Positions 9,224-17,235 of a stretch of DNA of 64,000 bases are shown piece after piece. The notes beneath the pieces were generated by a model, which saw nothing but the letters and a program-made list of their open reading frames with translations, ran no database searches and was not told where the DNA came from. Made by a program: the position numbers and the translations under genes. Source of the DNA: a virus; IMG/VR virus record IMGVR_UViG_3300010160_000037, positions 1-64,000 of that record; one strand, 5' to 3'. Position 1 is the stretch's first letter. The number at the start of each line of letters is the position of its first letter.

Positions 9224-11007
9224 CATTTAAAATAAAAAACATCACAGTTAAAAACTTTCTTAGTGTAGGCAATCAAACGCAAGCAGTTGATTTTGATAAA
9301 GAGCACTTGACTCTAGTGTTAGGTGAGAACTTAGACCTAGGTGGAGACGACAGCGGAAGCCGTAACGGTACGGGTAAGACTACTATCGTTAACGCATTGT
9401 GCTATGCGCTCTACGGAAATGCACTAACTAACATCCGCAAAGAGAACTTGATTAATAAAACCAACGGCAAGGGCATGTTGGTTACTGTTGAGTTTGACGT
9501 AAATGGCATTTCTTATCGCATTGAGCGCGGTCGTAAGCCTAACATTTTAAAGTTTTACGTCAATGATCAGGAACAGAAATCAGAGGATGTCGAAGATGAT
9601 GCGCAGGGCGACAGCCGTGAAACGCAGAAACACATAGAACAATTACTAGGCATGAGCCCGCTAATGTTCAAGCATTTGGTGGCTTTGAACACATATACTG
9701 AACCTTTTTTGAGTCTTAAAGCGGCAGAACAACGTGAGATCATTGAGCAACTATTAGGCATAACTCTGCTTTCAGAGAAGGCAGAAAGCCTTAAAACTCA
9801 AATGAAAGACACAAAAGACGCTATTATTGCAGAGTCTGCAAAGATTGAAGCTACTAAGACTGCTAACGAAAACGTTCAAAAGAGCATCGATAGCCTAGGA
9901 ATTAAGAGTTCAGCATGGGAATCTAAGAAAGATAATGACTTAGAAGGACTAGGTAAGGCTATTGTACAATTAAGTTCTGTAGACATTGAATTAGAAATTA
10001 GCCTGCATGAGGAACTTAAATTGTGGACTGAAAACAATAACAAGATTAGAGATCTTAACAAACAACGTGCTACGTTAGAATCCGCAGTAGGGCAAGCTGA
10101 AAAAAGTGTAAAGAAGTACGCAGGTGAGCTAGAAAAACTTGCTAATAAAACTTGCCACGCTTGTGAACAAGAGCTCCATGATCACAAACACGGAGAAATG
10201 ACTGCTGAGGCTACTACGCACTTAGCTGAAGCCAACACATACTTTGATAAAGTTACTAAAGACTTTAACAAGATACAAAAAGAAATCAAAGCGATCGGTG
10301 AGTTAGATAAAAAGCCAACAACTTTTTATGAGACTTTACAGGAAGCACTTGGACACAAGAACAATCTTGCTAATTTAGAAAAAGCACTGGAAACTAAAGT
10401 AGTTGAGCCAAATCCCTACGTAGAACAAATTGAAGAACTAAAGCAAACTGCACTACAGGAACTCGATTGGAACTCTATTAATTCGTTAACTAAATTTAAA
10501 GATCATCAAGAATTCCTATACAAACTGTTAACAAACAAGGATTCGTTTATCCGTAAAAAGATTATTGATCAAAACTTAACCTTCTTGAACAAGCGCCTAG
10601 GGTACTATATCGATAAAATTGGTTTGCCACACGCTGTTGTATTCCAAAATGACCTAACTGTTGAAATTACACAGCTAGGGCAGGATCTGGACTTTGACAA
10701 CTTGAGCCGTGGTGAGCGCAATAGACTAATCTTAGGATTGAGTTGGGCGTTCCGTGATGTTTGGGAAAACTTGTACCAGCACGTAAACTTGTTGTTTATT
10801 GACGAACTTATCGATGCAGGCATGGATGCGGCAGGAGTTGAAGCAGGACTTGCAGTTCTTAAGAAGATGGCCCGTGAGCGCAATAAGAATATCTACTTGA
10901 TCAGTCATAAAGACGAGCTAATTGGGCGAGTTAACAACGTGCTTCATGTGATTAAAGAGAACGGATTTACCAGTTACTCAAACGATGTTGACTACGTAGA
11001 GGCATGA
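9220..11007 (+). CDS. gp46: Recombination ATPase, Rad50/SbcC-like
   Basis: Walker A NGTGKTT, coiled coil with CHAC zinc hook, signature LSRGE, Walker B LLFIDE, and H-loop ISH. Confidence 0.93.
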   Translation: MTFKIKNITVKNFLSVGNQTQAVDFDKEHLTLVLGENLDLGGDDSGSRNGTGKTTIVNALCYALYGNALTNIRKENLINKTNGKGMLVTVEFDVNGISYRIERGRKPNILKFYVNDQEQKSEDVEDDAQGDSRETQKHIEQLLGMSPLMFKHLVALNTYTEPFLSLKAAEQREIIEQLLGITLLSEKAESLKTQMKDTKDAIIAESAKIEATKTANENVQKSIDSLGIKSSAWESKKDNDLEGLGKAIVQLSSVDIELEISLHEELKLWTENNNKIRDLNKQRATLESAVGQAEKSVKKYAGELEKLANKTCHACEQELHDHKHGEMTAEATTHLAEANTYFDKVTKDFNKIQKEIKAIGELDKKPTTFYETLQEALGHKNNLANLEKALETKVVEPNPYVEQIEELKQTALQELDWNSINSLTKFKDHQEFLYKLLTNKDSFIRKKIIDQNLTFLNKRLGYYIDKIGLPHAVVFQNDLTVEITQLGQDLDFDNLSRGERNRLILGLSWAFRDVWENLYQHVNLLFIDELIDAGMDAAGVEAGLAVLKKMARERNKNIYLISHKDELIGRVNNVLHVIKENGFTSYSNDVDYVEA

Positions 11008-11243
11008 AGCTAAATCAGTACATAGAACTACATGAAAGATATATTTCGTTGTTGGTAGACTATCACAACGCATATACGTCATGGGTTAGAAGTCAGTCGC
11101 TAGAAAAGACTACAGCATTGCGAAAGATTCTCAAAGAGATGCGTAAGGTACAACACGAAATGTGGGCTACCGCAAACGACGCTATGAAGGAATCCAAGCA
11201 ACGCAAGCGACAAAAATGGAACAGAGAACATAAGGAACAATAA
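11004..11243 (+). CDS. Hypothetical basic helical protein
   Basis: 79-aa ORF translationally coupled to both neighbours (ATGA and TAATG overlaps). Confidence 0.65.
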   Translation: MKLNQYIELHERYISLLVDYHNAYTSWVRSQSLEKTTALRKILKEMRKVQHEMWATANDAMKESKQRKRQKWNREHKEQ

Positions 11244-11437
11244 TGTCAGATTCAATTCAATCAATTAAAGATGCTGTAACAGCATGGGAAGCAGAAGATA
11301 CAAAGTTTGAAAAAGGTAACAGCGCCGCTGGTACTCGTGCTCGCAAAGCTCTAGCAGAGTTAGGCAAGTTGATCAAAGCTCGCCGCAACGAAATCACAGC
11401 AGAAAAGAATGCCCGCAAAGAAGCTAAGGTAGCCTAA
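11243..11437 (+). CDS. Histone H1-like (Hc1-family) small DNA-binding protein
   Basis: KFEKGNSAAGTRARKALAELGKLIKARR matches the Hc1 N-terminal motif GNKAAGTRARK; AAGGA RBS. Confidence 0.7.
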   Translation: MSDSIQSIKDAVTAWEAEDTKFEKGNSAAGTRARKALAELGKLIKARRNEITAEKNARKEAKVA

Positions 11438-11986
11438 ATGCGATTCAATTATTTTTTTGTAAAGGGATTTTACTCTCCGGATGAGGTCACTCGACTAAAA
11501 AATATACTAATTAAGAATCAAGATAAAAATCAACCAGACGTACCTGCTAAGAATGTTGTAAAAACAGCCGAAGTAGGTATTGTTCCAATCCTTGCATTGC
11601 AAGAACACGTTGGTGGTATCTTGAATCTAATTAAAAAAGTTAACAAAGAAAACTTTGGGTTTGATCTCTACGATTTTACTGAATATGATACTGTAAATTA
11701 TAATCAGTACAATTCAGATACCAACGGTGAGTACGGGTGGCATACAGATTTTCCTTTGAGTTTCTTTCATCAGATTAAACTTACTGTGTTAGTAAACCTA
11801 AGTACAGAAAGTTATGAAGGCGGAGACTTTGAGATTTTTCTAAACGGTCCTATTCCTATTCCTGATTTTAAGGAACCGGGAGGAGTATTAATTTTTCCAT
11901 CGTACATATCGCACAGAGTTACCCCAGTAACAAAAGGATCTAGATCATCTATGAGCTTGTTTGTTACAGGTCCACGTCTAAGGTAA
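11438..11986 (+). CDS. 2OG-Fe(II) oxygenase (PKHD/P4H-like)
   Basis: YGWHTD...KLTVLVNLS...YEGGDF...IFPSYISHRVTPVTKGSRSS gives the HxD...H...R motif. Confidence 0.88.
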   Translation: MRFNYFFVKGFYSPDEVTRLKNILIKNQDKNQPDVPAKNVVKTAEVGIVPILALQEHVGGILNLIKKVNKENFGFDLYDFTEYDTVNYNQYNSDTNGEYGWHTDFPLSFFHQIKLTVLVNLSTESYEGGDFEIFLNGPIPIPDFKEPGGVLIFPSYISHRVTPVTKGSRSSMSLFVTGPRLR

Positions 11987-11987
11987 T

Positions 11988-12416
11988 ATGGATTGGATTT
12001 ATAATGGTATGGTAGTTTTAGAACTACCAGAGGATTGTGTCGGTTTTGTTTACATCATTACTAACAATCTTACAGGCAGAAAATATATAGGCAAAAAATT
12101 AGCGAAGTTTGCAAAGACGACCTACAAAACTGTAAAGTTAAAGAACGGCACTAAGAAGAAAAAGAAAATACGTAGTAAAATTGACAGCGACTGGCAAGAA
12201 TATTACGGATCTAACTTAGAATTAAACACAGACGTATTAAAATTAGGCAAAGAAAATTTCACGCGAGAGATACTTCACTATTGTAAATCAAAAGCAGTAT
12301 GCTCTTACATCGAGGCCCTTGAACAATTCAACCGCAAAGTATTAGAATCACAAGATTACTATAACGGACAAATCTCAGTCCGTGTCCATGGCTCTCACAT
12401 AATCAACAAAATTTAG
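11988..12416 (+). CDS. Short GIY-YIG endonuclease (Seg-like catalytic domain only)
   Basis: GFVYIITNNLTGRKYIGKK...YYGS...GKENFTREIL...E...YYN; Lys-rich insert; no C-terminal DNA-binding domain. Confidence 0.85.
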   Translation: MDWIYNGMVVLELPEDCVGFVYIITNNLTGRKYIGKKLAKFAKTTYKTVKLKNGTKKKKKIRSKIDSDWQEYYGSNLELNTDVLKLGKENFTREILHYCKSKAVCSYIEALEQFNRKVLESQDYYNGQISVRVHGSHIINKI

Positions 12417-12857
12417 GCTCAGTCTTACAGGATATGCTCGCACCGGCTTAAATCGGGTGCCTAGCGACAACCGGATAATAACGGGGACGGAAGCCTCTGC
12501 GCTGTACAGAGCACTTATCAACCATCCTTAACAGGACGACGATCGTAATTGCCGCGATTTTGATATTTGAATAGAGTGAATAAGAGCTAAAAAGAGGGGA
12601 GAAAAACCCCGGATTAATGTGTATGTTAGCGTATGTACATTAATTACCGTCATAACAAGACGTAGCTAGGGGTACCGGATGACCGCCTCAGTAATGCTAC
12701 AACGCTAAGTGACTTGCGTACTCAGATAATGCCAAGTTTTTTCTTAACCCGTTTCTGGGTTAAGTGTGACCATTATATCTAGATAATACTTAAATCTTCT
12801 AAAGAAGATATAAATGCTCTGAGCGTTAGCGAAAGAGCAAGTGAACGTAGTTCACTT
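12417..12857 (+). ncRNA. Candidate large structured RNA (or origin-associated element)
   Basis: About 440 nt with no ORF in a gene-dense genome, more than 10 hairpins (several with G-U pairs on the + strand), and long-range complementarities. Confidence 0.5.
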
Positions 12858-12870
12858 TTAACATTAAACA

Positions 12871-12876
12871 TAAATA
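12871..12876 (+). promoter_or_regulatory. Late promoter TAAATA
   Basis: ATAAATA, then GGAG and ATG at 12898. Confidence 0.6.
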
Positions 12877-12897
12877 TCCTTGCTGGAGAATGCAAAA

Positions 12898-13629
12898 ATG
12901 AAAATAACTGAATTAGTAATGGAAAGCCGTAAAATTGATGAAGCTCCTATGGGCATGCTCAATAAACTTGGCAATAAGGTAATGAGTAAATTTGGTAGCG
13001 ATGCGTCTACTGGAAAGCTAAAGTCAGGTGAAGTAGCTAATAAATTATACTCATCATTCAATCAATACCTAGGTCAATCTGGACAAGAACCAACATGGCC
13101 TGTAGTTAAAAATTGGTTACAATCGAACAAGTATCCTACCAGTCGTGCAGAGAAAATTGTCAAGGCCGCAGGAGCTGCCTCTAGGATTCCAAAAGGTCCT
13201 GGCATGCTACAGAGAACTGGTGCTAAGATCAAGCAAGGATACGATGCCGCTAAACAAGGTGTAGGCAACGCTGTTACTAATGTTAAAAATAGAATGGACC
13301 AGGCGGCGTCTGATGCGGCTGGTGGACTTCCTGGTATGCGTGAAGGAAGGATCAACGAAGCTAATTCTCCTCCGTTAGATAAAAAGACTCTAGAAAAAGT
13401 ATTCCTAACTGCGGCCCAAGAAGCGGCTCAGGTTGTTCAGCAGAAGAAGCAGAACGGTGGACAACAAAATCAACGTCAAGGTAATAACGGCCAACAAAGT
13501 CAAAACGGATTAAGTGTACAGCAGGGCGGTAAGAGTCAAGGTGGGGATGCTAAGTTAGCGCAACGTGTTGATAATCTCGAAGCTGAAGTTGCCGCACTAA
13601 AAGGTTCTAGCAATAAAAACGCGGCTTAA
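12898..13629 (+). CDS. Hypothetical late protein, possibly an internal head protein
   Basis: Start moved to ATG 12898 because of the GGAG RBS. MKITELVMES N-terminus; Gln/Gly-rich C-terminal region. Confidence 0.6.
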   Translation: MKITELVMESRKIDEAPMGMLNKLGNKVMSKFGSDASTGKLKSGEVANKLYSSFNQYLGQSGQEPTWPVVKNWLQSNKYPTSRAEKIVKAAGAASRIPKGPGMLQRTGAKIKQGYDAAKQGVGNAVTNVKNRMDQAASDAAGGLPGMREGRINEANSPPLDKKTLEKVFLTAAQEAAQVVQQKKQNGGQQNQRQGNNGQQSQNGLSVQQGGKSQGGDAKLAQRVDNLEAEVAALKGSSNKNAA

Positions 13630-13802
13630 AAGAAAGGCAAGCCGCTTTCTTTGGTAGTTTCTAAGTTACCCTTAATAATACTACTGATAATAACTCTGTC
13701 GTTAGGCTCTAGTAGATACAACTGTTCAATTGTAATTCCGCCTCTCATATACCAACACATTTGATATAAGTTGTTTTTTAAGGCTTCTACCTCACGATCC
13801 AT
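13626..13802 (-). CDS. Small gp51-like / tail-chaperone C-terminal ORF (58 aa, MDREVEALKNNLYQMCWYMRGG...ESGLPFF), probably reached by -1 frameshift
   Basis: Translated by hand because it is below the ORF-track cutoff. The frame stays open upstream through the slippery site at 13856-13865. Confidence 0.7.
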   Translation of the reverse strand: MDREVEALKNNLYQMCWYMRGGITIEQLYLLEPNDRVIISSIIKGNLETTKESGLPFF

Positions 13803-13849
13803 TCTGTTAACATAGTCAAGGATCTCTTCGTTAGTTAAAGATAGAAGCC

Positions 13850-14725
13850 TTACCCGAAAAAATTTGATTCGTCAAATGTAAATGGAACTTCAATAAACTC
13901 TGGAGCACCTTTTTCTAGCATTTCAGGAGTGCTGGCAATTGACAGGGGTTTAAGTTTATTAGCAGAGTTTAATAATCCCAATCTGTCTTTAATCTTTTCA
14001 AAGATTGCACTATCGCATTTTTCAATAAACTCTTGAATAAACTCAGCTTCTTCAACTACTCCGGCTGTACTTTCAATTTTATAAATTGCCTTACCAACAA
14101 TAGAAATTGTCTTTTGACTTAGTTTATTAAACGCAGACTTGAATGCAGTGAGTTTATCTTCTTCTGATAAGTTTTCATCTCTAACAAGTGCTACTAATCG
14201 TTGTGTATCAAATTCGCTTATCTGTGCTTCTGCTTGCGATTTGTAATTTAGAGGTTTAATATAAACAACTAACTCAGGAGTTATTTCAAATCGATCGTCC
14301 CATTGAGCTCCGTTCTGTAAAGAATCTAAAACGTTGTGTAGATCAACTTCGTATTCTGAAGGCTCGTCCATAGTCGGGTGTGTTATGTTTAATGACATTT
14401 TATTACCGTAGGTAGCTAATCGAATAGCACATAGCATACAGTCTAGGTCAATCTGTGGGATTTCCCAAGCATTGACAATATTAGGCATACAGCTTTGTAT
14501 GACATCTACAAGGGCTTGCCCGTTCATTAGTGCATCGGGCGTTTTAAATGTTAACTCATCTTTAGCAGTCATTGAGAATACAGGATATTCTCCGTTTATG
14601 CTAACATTAAGAGATCCCTCTGGATAGTATTTTCCACTGCTAGGTAGCTTGATATAGATCTTAGGCTGGCGCAAGATGCTTAACAGTGGGTTAATTTTTA
14701 CTGATTGTACAGTTGTTTCTGACAT
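13850..14725 (-). CDS. gp26: Baseplate hub assembly / tail chaperone, gp26-like
   Basis: RQPKIYIKLPSSGKYY...MTAKDEL...D.DCMLCAIRLATYG, ending in NFFG; adjacent to the tape-measure-like gene. Confidence 0.7.
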   Translation of the reverse strand: MSETTVQSVKINPLLSILRQPKIYIKLPSSGKYYPEGSLNVSINGEYPVFSMTAKDELTFKTPDALMNGQALVDVIQSCMPNIVNAWEIPQIDLDCMLCAIRLATYGNKMSLNITHPTMDEPSEYEVDLHNVLDSLQNGAQWDDRFEITPELVVYIKPLNYKSQAEAQISEFDTQRLVALVRDENLSEEDKLTAFKSAFNKLSQKTISIVGKAIYKIESTAGVVEEAEFIQEFIEKCDSAIFEKIKDRLGLLNSANKLKPLSIASTPEMLEKGAPEFIEVPFTFDESNFFG

Positions 14726-14738
14726 GTTTACACTCCGA

Positions 14739-14770
14739 TAAATAATATGGCAATCTGATACACTTATTTA
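14739..14770. promoter_or_regulatory. Face-to-face late promoters: TAAATA (+) 14739-14744 and TAAATA (-) 14765-14770
   Basis: gataaataa on both strands between the divergent gp26-like and tape-measure-like genes. Confidence 0.6.
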
Positions 14771-14799
14771 TCTACGCACATAACCAGGAATTTTAAACC

Positions 14800-17229
14800 A
14801 TGGCCGGAAAAGAAACAGTCAAAGGTACATTTGGCAATGAACCAATAGAGTTAAACAATGCCGCGACGGAAACTACCTTATTCGCCCTGTTGAGACTTGC
14901 GCAGAAAGATAGTGCTGTCCTTGCAGAAATGGCCAAGAAGGCAGGTATCAGCAGTAAAAAAATTGAAGATGCTCTAGAAAAACAATCCGACGGTGGAGGT
15001 GGCAGTAAGGGAGGTGGCCTAGGATTTTTAGGTGGCGCCGCAAACCTAGCTGGCGGCTTCTTAATGGACATGGTCGGGGGTATCACAAAGACTATTGGCA
15101 ATCTAACCGCGTTTGGCGAATCGTTAATGGACGGAACTGCTCGAGCCAGTGATTTCTTTAAGGCATTCAAAGACTTACCCTTAGGGCTGGGGCTATTTGC
15201 ACAGCTACTGGGAGCCGCGCAAAAGTTCATGGAAAAGCAGATAGACACCTACAGGACTATAAGCCAAACAGGCGCTGGATTAACCAGCAGTCTTGGCGGA
15301 CTAAGAGTGCAGGCATTAGGTCTCGGTTTAAACATGGACGAGTTTGCCGCAATGTTTTCTAAAAATCAAGATGCATTGGCTCGATTAGGCGGTAGTGCAA
15401 GTGCAGGAGCAAAGAATTTAGTAGCAATTAATAACTCATTGATTAACAGTAAAATGGGCGGAACTTTAATGGGGCTAGGTTATAGCTTTAGTGAAATAAA
15501 TGGTCTAGTTGGAGACTATATTGCTACAACCGGCGACGGCCTTAAGGTAGGTAGAGATGTAACATCTGAGCAAAAACGACTTGCAAAAGCCGCAGGCGAG
15601 TATGGTAAAGAATTAGATTTCCTTTCAAGACTAACTGGTGAAAGCAGAGAAGCAATACAAAAGAAAATGCAAGCAGATGCCCAAGAAGCCAGTTGGAAAA
15701 TGTATCTAGCAGGTTTGCCAGAAGAACAACAAAGATTAGCTACACAAGCAGTTGAACGTGCAAGAATGATGGGCGGCAAAGGAGGAGTTGATGCAATCAA
15801 AGCGATGTTTATGGGTTTTGCAGGACCGTTTAGTCAAGAAGGTCAAACATTTATTTCAACAATGGCTGGGGGGACAAAATCATTACAAGACATGGTTGCC
15901 GCAGTTAAAAATAATAAAGATGCTACAAAAACAATTACTCAGTTAGATAATTTGTTTGCTAAGGGAATGGCTTCAAATATTAAAGATCTTGAAAAATTTA
16001 GAAGTAATATTATGGCTATGGGCCAAGGTAGTGAGGGAGGCGCAAAAGCACTTTTAGAAATTCAAGAAGCCGCTAACAATTACATTAGCCAAGGAATGAA
16101 AGAAGAAACTGCTATTAAAAAAGCGATTGTTGACGCTCGTAAAAAGCAAGAAACTGATGCCAAAGCCGCCGAAGCGCAGGCTAAAGTTGATCTTGCTATG
16201 AAACAGCTAGGTCAACGATTAGTAACAGCACTACTTCCTATAATAGAATCTCTAAATAAAATAGGACTACAACTTATTAAAAGATTTGAAGATTTAGTAA
16301 ATCATCACTTACCTGATATAAAAGACGCATTGAAAAAAGTAGCAGATTTTATTGAATACGCATTTAATGATCCTGAAGGAGCATGGAAGAAACTAAGTGG
16401 TTGGTTTAAAGGAATGTTAGCAAAAATGCTAGAAGCATTTAGTACAAGCTGGTTAGGTAGACAATTGTTTGGTGATGCGGCCGCAAGTTTAGGACGTCGA
16501 GCAAGGATTGAATCAATGCAAGGCATTGATTCCGTGCGTAGGCAAGAATTAATAGGTAAAGGAAACAACACTACAGACAAGGAAAAAGAAGAGTTAGCAG
16601 ACATAAACAAAACAATTAGAGAAGGGCGATTAGCTCTTGCGGAGGAAATACGCGAGAAGGCTAAGGGATTCTTAAACGGCGAAAAAATGTACGACGCTCA
16701 GATAGAAGCCATGGCAAAAAAATATGGAAAAACTCATGCAGAGATAATACAAGAAATAGGAAAAGCGAACAGCACTATGCAAAAGGAATTCCTAGATAAT
16801 AGCATCGAGATGGAGAAAGCGCAAAGACAAAAGCAGAAAGAAGCACTTGCACAGGCTAATCAAATTGAATTAGGTATTGGAGATTATGCGTCGATGCAAA
16901 GTATTAAAGAATTTAAAGTAAAAGAATTTGCGTCAGGTACAGCAGGCTCTGGAAAATTATTACAAGATTTTGGACGAGAAGAATTGGTAAAACTTCACGG
17001 TAAAGAAGCTGTGCTAACAGAAGAACAACTGACAAATTTAGCAAAAGGAATACAACAAGCATCAGCAGGTACAACAATTAAGGCAGAAATTGGACAGTCA
17101 GATTTAGTCGTAGAACATCTAATTACGTTAAATAGAGCTACAGCATTACAGAATAAGATACTCGGTACTATTGCCGAGAATCAGCGTACAATGATTAACC
17201 GGGCTACCGGAAACAGACTAATGGTATAA
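14800..17229 (+). CDS. Tape-measure-like protein (gp29-like)
   Basis: Ala/Gly/Lys-rich helical 809-aa protein with C-terminal FASGT...DFG...LHGKEAVL, typical of tape measure C-termini. Confidence 0.65.
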   Translation: MAGKETVKGTFGNEPIELNNAATETTLFALLRLAQKDSAVLAEMAKKAGISSKKIEDALEKQSDGGGGSKGGGLGFLGGAANLAGGFLMDMVGGITKTIGNLTAFGESLMDGTARASDFFKAFKDLPLGLGLFAQLLGAAQKFMEKQIDTYRTISQTGAGLTSSLGGLRVQALGLGLNMDEFAAMFSKNQDALARLGGSASAGAKNLVAINNSLINSKMGGTLMGLGYSFSEINGLVGDYIATTGDGLKVGRDVTSEQKRLAKAAGEYGKELDFLSRLTGESREAIQKKMQADAQEASWKMYLAGLPEEQQRLATQAVERARMMGGKGGVDAIKAMFMGFAGPFSQEGQTFISTMAGGTKSLQDMVAAVKNNKDATKTITQLDNLFAKGMASNIKDLEKFRSNIMAMGQGSEGGAKALLEIQEAANNYISQGMKEETAIKKAIVDARKKQETDAKAAEAQAKVDLAMKQLGQRLVTALLPIIESLNKIGLQLIKRFEDLVNHHLPDIKDALKKVADFIEYAFNDPEGAWKKLSGWFKGMLAKMLEAFSTSWLGRQLFGDAAASLGRRARIESMQGIDSVRRQELIGKGNNTTDKEKEELADINKTIREGRLALAEEIREKAKGFLNGEKMYDAQIEAMAKKYGKTHAEIIQEIGKANSTMQKEFLDNSIEMEKAQRQKQKEALAQANQIELGIGDYASMQSIKEFKVKEFASGTAGSGKLLQDFGREELVKLHGKEAVLTEEQLTNLAKGIQQASAGTTIKAEIGQSDLVVEHLITLNRATALQNKILGTIAENQRTMINRATGNRLMV

Positions 17230-17235
17230 CCACAT

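Noticed and set aside
12414-12548. TAG recoding that would extend the GIY-YIG ORF (alternative genetic code)
   Set aside because: Read-through soon hits a TAA, and the giant ORFs and core genes are intact in the standard code.
11988-12857. Group I or II intron carrying the GIY-YIG gene
   Set aside because: There is no interrupted host gene, no room for 5' intron elements (the oxygenase stop is 1 nt before the ATG), and no recognisable P7 (R/S) or domain V motifs.
12417-12857. RNase P RNA, tmRNA or tRNA identity for the structured region
   Set aside because: CCGGCTTA and GGGGACG fragments are present, but there is no GAGGAAAGTCC and no T-arm GTTCGA or CCA end.
13628-13652. Hairpin AAAGAAAG...CTTTCTTT as a bidirectional terminator between convergent genes
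   Set aside because: It is plausible for the + transcript, but it lies within the coding end of the minus-strand ORF and the GC core is imperfect, so it was not listed as a feature.
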